Source of the DNA: Candidatus Omnitrophota bacterium
GTDB taxonomy: Bacteria > Omnitrophota > Gorgyraeia > Gygaellales > Profunditerraquicolaceae
NCBI GenBank assembly: GCA_026387435.1
Contig: JAPLLS010000035.1
Span: forward strand, 1,692-65,691
DNA length: 64,000 bases
Reading direction: 5' to 3'
Shown here: piece by piece, positions 36,341-45,356 of the stretch
Numbering within the stretch: the first letter of the stretch is position 1
Layout of the letters: each line of letters opens with the position of its first letter
Program-made: the position numbers and the translations under genes
Notes under the pieces: model-generated
Seen by the model: the letters and a program-made list of their open reading frames with translations, nothing else
Databases searched by the model: none
What the model was told of the DNA's origin: nothing

Positions 36341-36851
36341 AGGGATTGCTGAGAAATTCCAATAGGCAATTAATAATAGTAAGCGGCCCGGGAGGACAAC
36401 CCGGAATATGCAAAACAACCGGCAGAATATCTTTGATCGGTTTTTCAATGTAGTAAGAACCTTTAAAAATACCTCCGTCTAAGGCACAATCGCCGAGAGT
36501 GATCACAAATTTCGGTTCAGCCATAGCCTCATAAGTCTTGTTCAAAGCGATAAGCATGTTCTTGGATAACGGCCCGGTAACCAGCAGAGCGTCCGCGTGG
36601 CGGGGCGAAGCCACAAAATTTACGCCGAAGCGCTGCAAGTCATAGATGGGGTTGGTCGCGGAAATGATCTCCGATTCGCAGCCTCCGCAGGAACCGGTGT
36701 CGACTTCGCGGATATTCAAGGAGCGGCTGAATTTTTTAAATATAGCGGTCCTCAACTCGCCCCCGACGGATTCGATCTCGCGGGATATCTTCCTATCGAT
36801 ATGCCTGGTCACCACGCCTTTTAATATTCTGCTTTTTAATATATTTATCAT
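36333..36851 (-). CDS. Ehr/Hyf small Fe-S subunit (HyfI/NuoB-like)
   Basis: GSCGGCE, SPRHAD, GDCA, IPGCPP. Confidence 0.9.
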   Translation of the reverse strand: MINILKSRILKGVVTRHIDRKISREIESVGGELRTAIFKKFSRSLNIREVDTGSCGGCESEIISATNPIYDLQRFGVNFVASPRHADALLVTGPLSKNMLIALNKTYEAMAEPKFVITLGDCALDGGIFKGSYYIEKPIKDILPVVLHIPGCPPGPLTIINCLLEFLSNPYE

Positions 36852-36854
36852 GGT

Positions 36855-38432
36855 TTAGAGGTCGTTTCCTGAATACGACAGATCAAAACTTTTATTGCAC
36901 AGCGGAAAATCAGGAATAATATTACCTAAAACCGCATAAGCAAGCCCCTGCCAATTACGAAAAGAAGGATCTACTATCTTGCACCTGGCGATCATTCCCG
37001 CGGGATCAGTTTTAAGCCAGTAGAGAATCGGCCCTCTCCAGCCCTCGACGTAGCCTAAAGCGCAGCCTTCTTTTAATATTGGGCCAACTTTATTTTTATC
37101 GCAGCTGGATAGCTTACCCCCAAATTCCTCGATCAAGCGGCAGGATTCGACGAACTCAAAAATCCTCACTCTCAATCGGGCTAAAACATCCCCGGATTCC
37201 TCCAGCGCCATTTTGAATTTAGCTTCCTTATATACCCCGGGGAAACATTTTCTTAAATCAATGGCTACGCCTGAAGCCCGGCCGGCCAGGCCGAGCACTC
37301 CCAGGTCTTCGGCGGTTTTTTTGATCAAAACTCCGGCTGTATCCACCCTGTCCATAAAAGAACCGCTGGAATATAAAATTTCAACCAACTCATTGAAATC
37401 CCGCTTTATCTGTTCAAGAGATCCCAGAAGCAGCGTTTTCTTGCTTTCATTTATCTCGACGGAAACACCCCCCAGCGCATTAACATTTTTTAGATAACGG
37501 CTGGCAGTAAGCTTTTCGTTCAATTGCAGGATAGCTTCTTTGATGATCGAAGCATATGCGCTGGGATAACTAAAGCCCACATCTAAAGCTATGCCTCCGA
37601 TATCGTTGACGTGATTATACAGCCGCTCCAGCTCTAAAAATATCGCCCTTAAATAAGCTGCCTGAGAAATGATTGATATCCCGGAAATCTTCTCGGCCGC
37701 CCGGGTAAAAGCCAGGCTATGGCTAAAAACCGAATCCCCGCAAACGCATTCCGACAACTTCAGCGCTTCCAGATAAGACTTGCCTTCAAAAAGCTTTTCT
37801 GCTCCCCGATGGGTAAATCCCAGCCTGGGTTCCAGATTTATGATCGGTTCTCCAGCCACGCTAAAGCGGAAATGGCCCGGCCCGATGATCCCGGCATGCA
37901 CCGGCCCGACCGGGACTTCGAATATACCTTCCCCATCCACCCTGCCAAATTTATATTCCCCTAAATTTCCCGGCTGAACTTTCTGGAAATCCTTGCGCAG
38001 GGGGAAATTAGCCTGCGGCCAAACCTCATCATGCAGTTTTAACCGCCTTAAGTCCGGATTTCCCCTGGGCTCGATCCCGAACATCTCCTGGATCTCCCGT
38101 TCAAAGAGGCTGGCCGAATGCATGCTTTTGGCCAAGGTTTCAAAACCAGGGTTATCCTGCGGGATATCCATACTGACCATAACCCACTGGGAACTCCTGA
38201 AACCGCAGAACACGCCATTGACCACGAATACGCCTCTTTCCCGGCGCTCATCGAGGGCAAAAAGCATCATCACCGGCGAAGAAAGAATTTTATGCAGGGC
38301 CAGGGCCGTATCCTTGAAAATCCGCGGATCCACCTTAAGCCTAAGCTCATCCGGATGATCCTGAGAGCTCGCCAGCGCAACAAAATCCGGGAATTTGCTT
38401 TTTAGAGCTGAAATAATTTCTGAACAATCCAT
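36855..38432 (-). CDS. Ehr large subunit (HyfG/NuoCD-like) lacking a complete NiFe site
   Basis: VGPVHAG, HRGAEKL; ECVCGDS in place of RxCGxC, and FDLSYSGNDL in place of DPCxxC. Confidence 0.88.
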   Translation of the reverse strand: MDCSEIISALKSKFPDFVALASSQDHPDELRLKVDPRIFKDTALALHKILSSPVMMLFALDERRERGVFVVNGVFCGFRSSQWVMVSMDIPQDNPGFETLAKSMHSASLFEREIQEMFGIEPRGNPDLRRLKLHDEVWPQANFPLRKDFQKVQPGNLGEYKFGRVDGEGIFEVPVGPVHAGIIGPGHFRFSVAGEPIINLEPRLGFTHRGAEKLFEGKSYLEALKLSECVCGDSVFSHSLAFTRAAEKISGISIISQAAYLRAIFLELERLYNHVNDIGGIALDVGFSYPSAYASIIKEAILQLNEKLTASRYLKNVNALGGVSVEINESKKTLLLGSLEQIKRDFNELVEILYSSGSFMDRVDTAGVLIKKTAEDLGVLGLAGRASGVAIDLRKCFPGVYKEAKFKMALEESGDVLARLRVRIFEFVESCRLIEEFGGKLSSCDKNKVGPILKEGCALGYVEGWRGPILYWLKTDPAGMIARCKIVDPSFRNWQGLAYAVLGNIIPDFPLCNKSFDLSYSGNDL

Positions 38433-39856
38433 AACAGGTCCTTTTTAATGAATACCAGCACAAAACCTACCGCGCACATCTGAAAGAATAAAAACAAAAA
38501 AGCCAGCTTAGCGCTTAAAGGAGTACCGGCTGCTTTCATCCCCTTAGGAAGATTGCCAAAAAGCATTTCTCCGAAATGATAAATGAAAGCCCCGAAAATA
38601 ATCGCCAGAAAGAATAACAATAACCCGGCGATCAAATATGAGCCGTTAGTGAAAGCCGCGATTATGATCAGGATCTCGCTGATAAATATGGAAAAAGGCG
38701 GAAATCCGGTCAGCGCGAATACTCCCAAAAGGAGCATGATCCCCGTAAACGGCAGCGCTTTAATTACCCCCCGGATAGCGTTCATATTATGTTTCTGGTA
38801 AGCGCTGACAATATCGCCGGCGCCGAAGAACATGAAAGACTTGACCACCGCGTGATTAAGAACGTGTAAGAGTGCTCCGGCCATGGCTAAAGGAGCGCCT
38901 AAACCTAAACCCACGGAAATTATGCCGACGTGCTCGATACTGCTGTAAGCGAGCAGCCGCTTTAAATCTTTCTGGACCAGAATGAAACACGCGGATAACC
39001 CCAGAGAGATCAAGCCCAGGAGGATCATCAGGTTGCCGAAATAGGAAAACCCAACCCCCTTGATCACGATAATCCCAAATCTCAAAATGGCATAAAGAGC
39101 GGTCTTTAAGAGCACCCCGGAAAGAAGCGCGCTTATGGGAGCCACAGCCTGGCTGTGCGCATCAGGCAGCCAGGTGTGCATGGGAGCTAAGCCGGCTTTG
39201 GTCCCGTAGCCGACCAGGATGAAAATAAAAGCGACTTTGAGGATGTTCTTATCCATTTTTCCGGCTGAAGCAGCCAAAAGCGACCAATTCAAACTTTTCA
39301 CTCCTCCAGAAAGTGAGTATGCATAGGAAAAAAGGATCGTCCCTAAAAGCGCGAAAATTATGCCTACCGAACAAATGATAATGTATTTCCAGGCCGCCTC
39401 TACTGATTCCTTGGTGTTATAAAACCCGACCAAAAACGCCGAAATAAGAGTGGTCATTTCAATGGCCACCCAAAGCATGCCCAGATTATTCATTGCCGGG
39501 ACAAAAAACATCGAGAAACAGAATAGATTAAAAAGAGCATAATAGATCCGGGCTTTTTTCTTGGTCATTAGGCCCTTTTCCATGTCTTTTTTAATATACC
39601 CGATGGAATAAAGCGCGGCCGCGAAAGAAACTATGGAAATAACAAAGATAAAAAACGCGCTCAGCGCGTCCAGGTAGATGAAGCCAAAATACGTACAAGC
39701 GCTGTCGGCCAAAAGCGTTTCTTTTAAAAGCACGGCGCTGGCCGTTAACACAGCCAGGTATCCCAAACTGTTGATTATCCCGAAAACTTTTTTGTTAATA
39801 ACCAGCGCCCCCGCTGCAAGCAGAGCCGGGATGGCCAGGATCAAGACTATCAGCAT
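38402..39856 (-). CDS. hyfF: HyfF-like proton-translocating antiporter subunit
   Basis: EAAWKY, GYGTKAGLAPMHTWLPDAH, KRLLAYSS. Confidence 0.88.
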   Translation of the reverse strand: MLIVLILAIPALLAAGALVINKKVFGIINSLGYLAVLTASAVLLKETLLADSACTYFGFIYLDALSAFFIFVISIVSFAAALYSIGYIKKDMEKGLMTKKKARIYYALFNLFCFSMFFVPAMNNLGMLWVAIEMTTLISAFLVGFYNTKESVEAAWKYIIICSVGIIFALLGTILFSYAYSLSGGVKSLNWSLLAASAGKMDKNILKVAFIFILVGYGTKAGLAPMHTWLPDAHSQAVAPISALLSGVLLKTALYAILRFGIIVIKGVGFSYFGNLMILLGLISLGLSACFILVQKDLKRLLAYSSIEHVGIISVGLGLGAPLAMAGALLHVLNHAVVKSFMFFGAGDIVSAYQKHNMNAIRGVIKALPFTGIMLLLGVFALTGFPPFSIFISEILIIIAAFTNGSYLIAGLLLFFLAIIFGAFIYHFGEMLFGNLPKGMKAAGTPLSAKLAFLFLFFQMCAVGFVLVFIKKDLLWIVQKLFQL

Positions 39857-39861
39857 AAATT

Positions 39862-40497
39862 TTATCCTTTTAAACGCGAAAGCTTATTAACATCGATATG
39901 GGTAAAGAGTTTGTTGATCCGGTAAACAAAAAAACCCATGATCAAAACGCTCACAAACACGTCAAAAAATATAGCGATCTCCACAAAAAAAGGCATGCCC
40001 CCGGAAACCGCGGAGGCCACCAGAAATAAACCGTTTTCCATTATCAGAAGGCCGATGATCTGGGCCAAAGCGGTCATCCTGAAGATCATCAGGAATATCC
40101 CGGCAAAAACCACAAAAAAAGCTATGGCCAATATGCTGCCCCCCGCCAGCTGGGCCGCGGCGAGAAAATGCCTGGTAAAAACCCAGGATAAATAAGTAAA
40201 CCCCAAAGCCCACAGTAATGATAGCTGGGGATTAATCAATAATCCCAGGTTTTCGTTGGCCTTGATCCGTTTTATGATCCGATTTAAAAAATAAGGGATA
40301 AGAACCACCTTGAGAACAAAAAGCAACCCGGCAATTATATACAAATCCAACTCGTGCTCTTGCAGGGCAATAATCAAAGTTGCCAGGAACAAACAGAATG
40401 ATTGATAACGAAAACTGCGGATCAAAGCCGGGGTCCTTTTGGCAATAACCATAAGGTATGTTGAAACCAGAACCCCGAATAAAATCATAGCCTGCAT
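39862..40497 (-). CDS. hyfE: HyfE-like membrane subunit
   Basis: QIIGLLIMENG, VEIAIFFD; position in the cluster. Confidence 0.85.
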   Translation of the reverse strand: MQAMILFGVLVSTYLMVIAKRTPALIRSFRYQSFCLFLATLIIALQEHELDLYIIAGLLFVLKVVLIPYFLNRIIKRIKANENLGLLINPQLSLLWALGFTYLSWVFTRHFLAAAQLAGGSILAIAFFVVFAGIFLMIFRMTALAQIIGLLIMENGLFLVASAVSGGMPFFVEIAIFFDVFVSVLIMGFFVYRINKLFTHIDVNKLSRLKG

Positions 40498-40498
40498 A

Positions 40499-41419
40499 TT
40501 AAACTCCTAAGATCGCGCAGACGACCGCGATAATTCCCAAGACAAAAGCAAAACCCAGGAAATCCGCCACTCTGAACAAGCGCATCTTGGCCACGGAAAC
40601 CTCGACCAGGGCCACAGAAATGGCAATGATGATTATCCTGGCCAAATACCATAAAAGCCAGAAAATTGTTTGCGCCGGTTCAACTGTTTCCAGGGCCGCG
40701 ATCGGAAAAATGATCTGGGCGATCAGGAAAAACAAGATCATCTGTTTGATGTAAGCGGCCATCTCGATTATCGCCAGCGATCTTCCGGAATATTCCAGGA
40801 TCATTGCTTCGTGGACCATGGTCAATTCCAAATGGGTCTCCTGATTGTCAACCGGGACACGTGAAGTCTCGGCAATGGTTATAAGAAACAGGGCGATCGC
40901 GCTGACTATACAAGATACAGATAGAGCGTGCATACCGCTGAATGCCGAAATATCCGTCGAGTTAAATTGCAGAGATATTGAAAACACCACCAGGCACAAC
41001 GCCGGCTCAACCAGGCTGGAAATAAACATCTCTCTGGACGAGCCCATGCCGCCGAAAGAACTACCCGTATCCAAAGCCGCCAGGGCCAGGAAAAAGCGGC
41101 CCAGGGAAAAAATAAATACCAGGGCCAGGAAATCTCCCATCTGATGCATCGGGCTGGCCAGGATCAATACCGGGATCAGTACTGCCGCGGCTAAAGTCGA
41201 AGAAATCAACACAAAAGGAGCGACCCAGAATATCCAGGATGCGGTTTGCGAGACCACCTCCCCTTTGGAAAAAAGTTTAGCCAGGTTGTAATACGGCTGA
41301 AAAATACTCGGCCCCTGGCGCAGCCGGATATTATTTTTTATCTTGGCGATCAGTCCGCTTAAAAACGGGGCGGCCGCGATAAATAAGATCAATTGCAGAA
41401 TAATCATCAATATTTTCAT
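40499..41419 (-). CDS. hyfC: HyfC/HycD (NuoH-like) membrane subunit
   Basis: QPYYNLAKL, GMGSSRE, RVPVD, ELTMVHEAMILEYSG. Confidence 0.88.
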   Translation of the reverse strand: MKILMIILQLILFIAAAPFLSGLIAKIKNNIRLRQGPSIFQPYYNLAKLFSKGEVVSQTASWIFWVAPFVLISSTLAAAVLIPVLILASPMHQMGDFLALVFIFSLGRFFLALAALDTGSSFGGMGSSREMFISSLVEPALCLVVFSISLQFNSTDISAFSGMHALSVSCIVSAIALFLITIAETSRVPVDNQETHLELTMVHEAMILEYSGRSLAIIEMAAYIKQMILFFLIAQIIFPIAALETVEPAQTIFWLLWYLARIIIIAISVALVEVSVAKMRLFRVADFLGFAFVLGIIAVVCAILGV

Positions 41420-41423
41420 AGTT

Positions 41424-43250
41424 TTAAAACCGTTGCATAAATACGATTAACAACAATAATGCCACAAAAATATAGGAAATGTACAGATGTATGCTGCCCG
41501 GCTGGATCTTTCTCATGAATTTTGCCGATTTAAAGACCCAATCCAGCGTCGGATCATAAATATATTTTTTGAATATCGGGGTGGTATGGGTTTCATAAGC
41601 GAAGGATTTGACGTGATAGAACGATTCCCGGATCTTCTGCGTTTTGCGGTAAGGCAGGAGAAAAAAACTAAAGGCTATCCGGAAGGGTTTAGAAAAAGCG
41701 GTAGCCGTGTATTCGTTGCGGCCGCCCAGTTTGTAATATCCGCAATCCCAGGTATTATAAATGGTTGCTTTCCTGTTAAAAATACGGTAGAGGACGAAGC
41801 CCGCGCCACCCAGGACAACTAAGGTCAAGGTCAGCATCAGCGGGGAAAGGTAAGCACTTGTTCCCGGCTGCGGGTTGAGGATAAAATTGTTGAGAGAAAA
41901 ACTCATACCATTAAGGTCGATACCCGTCGCGCAGCCGCAGACTTTAGCCAGCAATCTAACCACAAAAACAGCGGCTAAACCGAAAACTACGGTCAAAGTC
42001 GATAAAATAAACATTCCTAACCTCATGGAAAATCCCACCTCTTTCGCATTCAAAGCAAAAGAGCTTCTGGGCTGCGCCAGGAAAGTTATCCCGAAAGCTT
42101 TGACAAAACAGGCCGCGGCCAGTCCGCTGGTCAAAGCGAGCATAGCCGCGCACACAGCCAGGAAAAGCTTGGCTGCTCCGGATACTTTAATGGCGCCCAG
42201 AAAAAACGCCTGCAAAGTGAGCCACTCGCTCACAAAGCCGTTCAAGGGCGGCAACGCCGAGATGGCCATTGCTCCGATGAGGAAAAAAAGCGCGGTCTGC
42301 GGCATCTTTTTGATCAACCCTCCCAGTTTTTCCATATCCCGGGTCCCGGTTGCTTTATAGACGCTTCCGGCGCACAGGAATAAAAGCCCTTTAAAGATGG
42401 CGTGGTTCACCAGGTGATACAGTCCGGCGATCAGCGAGAATATTGACAGATAAGGCATATTCAGGCTCAAAAAGAACATCGCCAGCCCTACTCCTAACAA
42501 GATGATCCCGATATTCTCCACGCTGTGATAAGCCAGCAGCCTCTTAAGATCGTGTTCCATGAGGGCATAGACCACCCCGACCAAACAGGAAATCACGGCC
42601 AGGATCAGGACCAGGATCCCCCACCACGCAGAATGCACTCCCAGAATAAAGATCACGAACCGGATTATTCCATATATCGCGGTTTTGATCATCACCCCGG
42701 ACATGATACTGGAAATATGGCTGGGGGCCTGCGGATGAGCAGCGGGCAGCCAGATATGTAAAGGCACGATGCCGGCCTTGGTCCCGAAACCGACCAAGAG
42801 CAGCAAAAAGACTATATTTTTAGTTTGCCCGTCCATTAGCTGACAGGCATTTTTTATGGATAGGAAATCAAATGAATTGGCGGATTTATACATGATCATA
42901 AAAGCGGCGATCAAAAATGCGGTCCCGATATGGGTCATTACTATATAAATCAACCCCGCCTGGATGGATTTTTCGTTCTTATCATCGAATACGACCAGAA
43001 AATAGGAAACCAAAGACATGATCTCCCAGAAGACCAGGAAAACTAAAACATTGCTGACAACAACCACCAGCCCCATGGATAAAACAAAAATAAGCAGCAA
43101 TATCCAAGCCAGGGCTATTTTGGCCCGGGAGTACTCTCCTTTTAAATAGCCGATGGAATAAATTGCTGACGGCAAACAGACAATAAAGATCACACCCAGA
43201 AAAAATAAAGAAAGCGGATCGAATAATAGGTTAAAATTAATCTTTTCCAT
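41424..43250 (-). CDS. hyfB: HyfB-like proton-translocating antiporter subunit
   Basis: PLHIWLPAAHP, KRLLAYHSVENIG, PPLNGFVSEW, WDCGY. Confidence 0.88.
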   Translation of the reverse strand: MEKINFNLLFDPLSLFFLGVIFIVCLPSAIYSIGYLKGEYSRAKIALAWILLLIFVLSMGLVVVVSNVLVFLVFWEIMSLVSYFLVVFDDKNEKSIQAGLIYIVMTHIGTAFLIAAFMIMYKSANSFDFLSIKNACQLMDGQTKNIVFLLLLVGFGTKAGIVPLHIWLPAAHPQAPSHISSIMSGVMIKTAIYGIIRFVIFILGVHSAWWGILVLILAVISCLVGVVYALMEHDLKRLLAYHSVENIGIILLGVGLAMFFLSLNMPYLSIFSLIAGLYHLVNHAIFKGLLFLCAGSVYKATGTRDMEKLGGLIKKMPQTALFFLIGAMAISALPPLNGFVSEWLTLQAFFLGAIKVSGAAKLFLAVCAAMLALTSGLAAACFVKAFGITFLAQPRSSFALNAKEVGFSMRLGMFILSTLTVVFGLAAVFVVRLLAKVCGCATGIDLNGMSFSLNNFILNPQPGTSAYLSPLMLTLTLVVLGGAGFVLYRIFNRKATIYNTWDCGYYKLGGRNEYTATAFSKPFRIAFSFFLLPYRKTQKIRESFYHVKSFAYETHTTPIFKKYIYDPTLDWVFKSAKFMRKIQPGSIHLYISYIFVALLLLIVFMQRF

Positions 43251-43453
43251 CGTTTTTATGGGATTATTTTAAAAAGGCCGGCCGCAACAATTAAAACCAG
43301 ACGATTTAATTGTTTGCACTGGGCAGTATACCTTAAAACTATATCTCTCCTTACGCATGAGCTTATTATACTACATTTTGCCATATACCCAAGAAAATAC
43401 CATCCAAAAGAGATAGATTTTATGTCCCTTTTGTCCCCTTTCTTGAGGGCAAT

Positions 43454-43744
43454 TTATCTCTTTTCCCTCTTTAACGAATCCAGGATAAATCCATCGATCC
43501 GCTTCCATAGGTACGAAGAAAATCTCACCGGGTGAGGATTTCCTTGCTTATCACAATACTCAAGATCGTAGCTATTAATCTTATTATAGACGATCAGAAT
43601 AGCTTCTGCGAGCAGATCCTCTCCAAACCGGGCAATTAAGTATGGAAATACTTTCTTGTAAATTCTAAAGATTAATAAACCAATATGGCGCAGAACAAGC
43701 TCATCCTTGCTTTTCTTGGAGCCGTTTTGAGCCTTGAAGATCAA
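43454..43744 (-). CDS. Sigma70 region-2-only protein or 5'-truncated remnant
   Basis: LIFKAQNG ... DELVLRH ... EDLLAEA ... RFSSYLWKRIDGFILDSL; no region 4; weak TTG start. Confidence 0.5.
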   Translation of the reverse strand: MIFKAQNGSKKSKDELVLRHIGLLIFRIYKKVFPYLIARFGEDLLAEAILIVYNKINSYDLEYCDKQGNPHPVRFSSYLWKRIDGFILDSLKREKR

Positions 43745-43765
43745 TCTCCTTTCTATTTAGCTACT

Positions 43766-43802
43766 AAAAATAAAAATCCCCTATGCCGCGCATAAGGGAT
43801 TC
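43766..43802 (-). terminator. Terminator after pabB
   Basis: AATCCCTTATGC-GCG-GCATAGGGGATT followed by a T-rich tail. Confidence 0.7.
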
Positions 43803-43818
43803 ATTGTTCGATTCCTCC

Positions 43819-44964
43819 CTACGCTGGCATTATCCAGATCAGGTTATTAGGGTAATCCGGATTTAGTTCTTCATGATTGGTCAAAAAGCGGGCTTTTAAT
43901 ATTCCTTCATCCCACTCGCCCTCCGCGGTAGAATCCCAGACTATCCCGCCGCCGATTCCCATTTCGCCTTTTTTGCCTTCAAGCAGTAGAGTCCTTATAG
44001 GAACATTAAAAAACAGATCCCGGCTGGGAGTGATGTAGCCGATAGCGCCGGTATAAATTTTTCGCTTTTCATCCTCCAGCGAGCGGATGATCTGCATAGC
44101 CCGGATTTTCGGGGCGCCGGTTACTGATCCTGAAGGAAAAAGTGACCCAAACAAATCATAAAGGGAGATTTGTTTGTCAACGGTGGCAGTTACCGTAGAA
44201 GTCATCTGGTAGAGCGTGGCGTAACGCTTAACTTCAAACAACTGTGGCACCTTGATATTACTACCGATTCTGCCCAGATCGTTACGCAATAAATCCGCGA
44301 TCATCACATTTTCAGCCCGGTTTTTCTCATCATATTTAAGACGCCAACCGGAAAATAAATCCGAGAATACAGTGCTACCTCTCGGCCAGGTACCTTTCAT
44401 CGGTTTAGTTGTAATGAACATGCCGCGCTTTTTCATGAACATTTCCGGCGAAAAAGAAAGAATCTTAAATGTTTCGGTTTCCAGGTAAGCCGGATAGGGA
44501 ACCGGCTGTTCCCGGAGGAGTTTGCGATACAACGAGAAGGCGTCTCCGTTAAAATAAAATTTCATTTTCAAGCAATAGGTGACCTGGTAAACATCGCCGT
44601 TACGGATATAATCACGAATGTACCCGATATCCTTGCGGTAATCAGGAATGCTGATTGCAGACCGGATATTGCGCAGAAGGAAATCCTTTATTGGTTTTTT
44701 AATAAAGGCTTTCCCGTGGCTTGGGGCTTCATAACAACCCAGATAAAGAAGCGGAAAATCGTATTCATTCTTGCTACGAAGCGTATCCTCAAAACCATAG
44801 CCAGCTTCATACGAAAAAAACCCGGCAACATAGTATCCTTTACTCAGAAAATGTTCTATAGTGGCGAATGATTCTGGAAGACCTTCGGGCTTGTAGCAGG
44901 AAATGATTGTTTTAGGGCGTGAAAAAAGTAGCGGTTTTTTTTCGAATCCGATAAGTATATTCAT
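43819..44964 (-). CDS. pabB: Aminodeoxychorismate synthase component I
   Basis: SPEMF, KPMKGT, KNRAENVMIADLLRND, FPSGSVTGAPK, YTGAIG. Confidence 0.9.
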   Translation of the reverse strand: MNILIGFEKKPLLFSRPKTIISCYKPEGLPESFATIEHFLSKGYYVAGFFSYEAGYGFEDTLRSKNEYDFPLLYLGCYEAPSHGKAFIKKPIKDFLLRNIRSAISIPDYRKDIGYIRDYIRNGDVYQVTYCLKMKFYFNGDAFSLYRKLLREQPVPYPAYLETETFKILSFSPEMFMKKRGMFITTKPMKGTWPRGSTVFSDLFSGWRLKYDEKNRAENVMIADLLRNDLGRIGSNIKVPQLFEVKRYATLYQMTSTVTATVDKQISLYDLFGSLFPSGSVTGAPKIRAMQIIRSLEDEKRKIYTGAIGYITPSRDLFFNVPIRTLLLEGKKGEMGIGGGIVWDSTAEGEWDEGILKARFLTNHEELNPDYPNNLIWIMPA

Positions 44965-45100
44965 GGAACACCTTATGCGTAAAGCCTGGGTGCCCCATGA
45001 AATAAAAGGCTAAATTATACATGGCTTTAATAAAAATCTTGATGAGCACAACCATCAGGGCATTCTTTATCTCTATGGTCTAAAATTCAAGAGATTTATA

Positions 45101-45174
45101 TGGTTGCCCCCTAAGGATTCGAACCTTAATTAACTGATCCAGAGTCAGTCGTGCTGCCATTGCACTAGAGGGCA
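45101..45174 (-). tRNA. tRNA-Gln(CTG)
   Basis: TGCCCTCTAGTGCAATGG ... CT-CTG-GA ... GGTTCGAATCC ... GGGGCAACCA; CCA encoded. Confidence 0.95.
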
Positions 45175-45179
45175 GTAAT

Positions 45180-45356
45180 TTACCAGAGATTCTTCTTCAT
45201 CCAGGTATTGGCGTTCTGGGCGTCTGTCCAATCCTGTTTTGCTCCTGATGTCGCGCCTTCAGCCGCGCCCTTGGATGCGCGGTAAACAGTATTGCAACCG
45301 CTTACGGAAATCGCAAAGATCACTAAACCAAAAAGCAAAACGATTTTCTTGCTCAT
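45180..45356 (-). CDS. Small entericidin-like lipoprotein (58 aa)
   Basis: MSKKIVLLFGLVIFAISVSGCNTV lipobox; start overlaps the gltX stop. Confidence 0.7.
   Translation of the reverse strand: MSKKIVLLFGLVIFAISVSGCNTVYRASKGAAEGATSGAKQDWTDAQNANTWMKKNLW

Noticed and set aside
36341-36448. N-terminal extension of methyltransferase ORF 35561-36448
   Set aside because: Lies inside the Fe-S subunit gene; ATG 36340 overlapping its stop is more plausible.
36855-38432. Functional [NiFe] hydrogenase / formate hydrogenlyase
   Set aside because: Both CxxC nickel-binding motifs are incomplete or absent.
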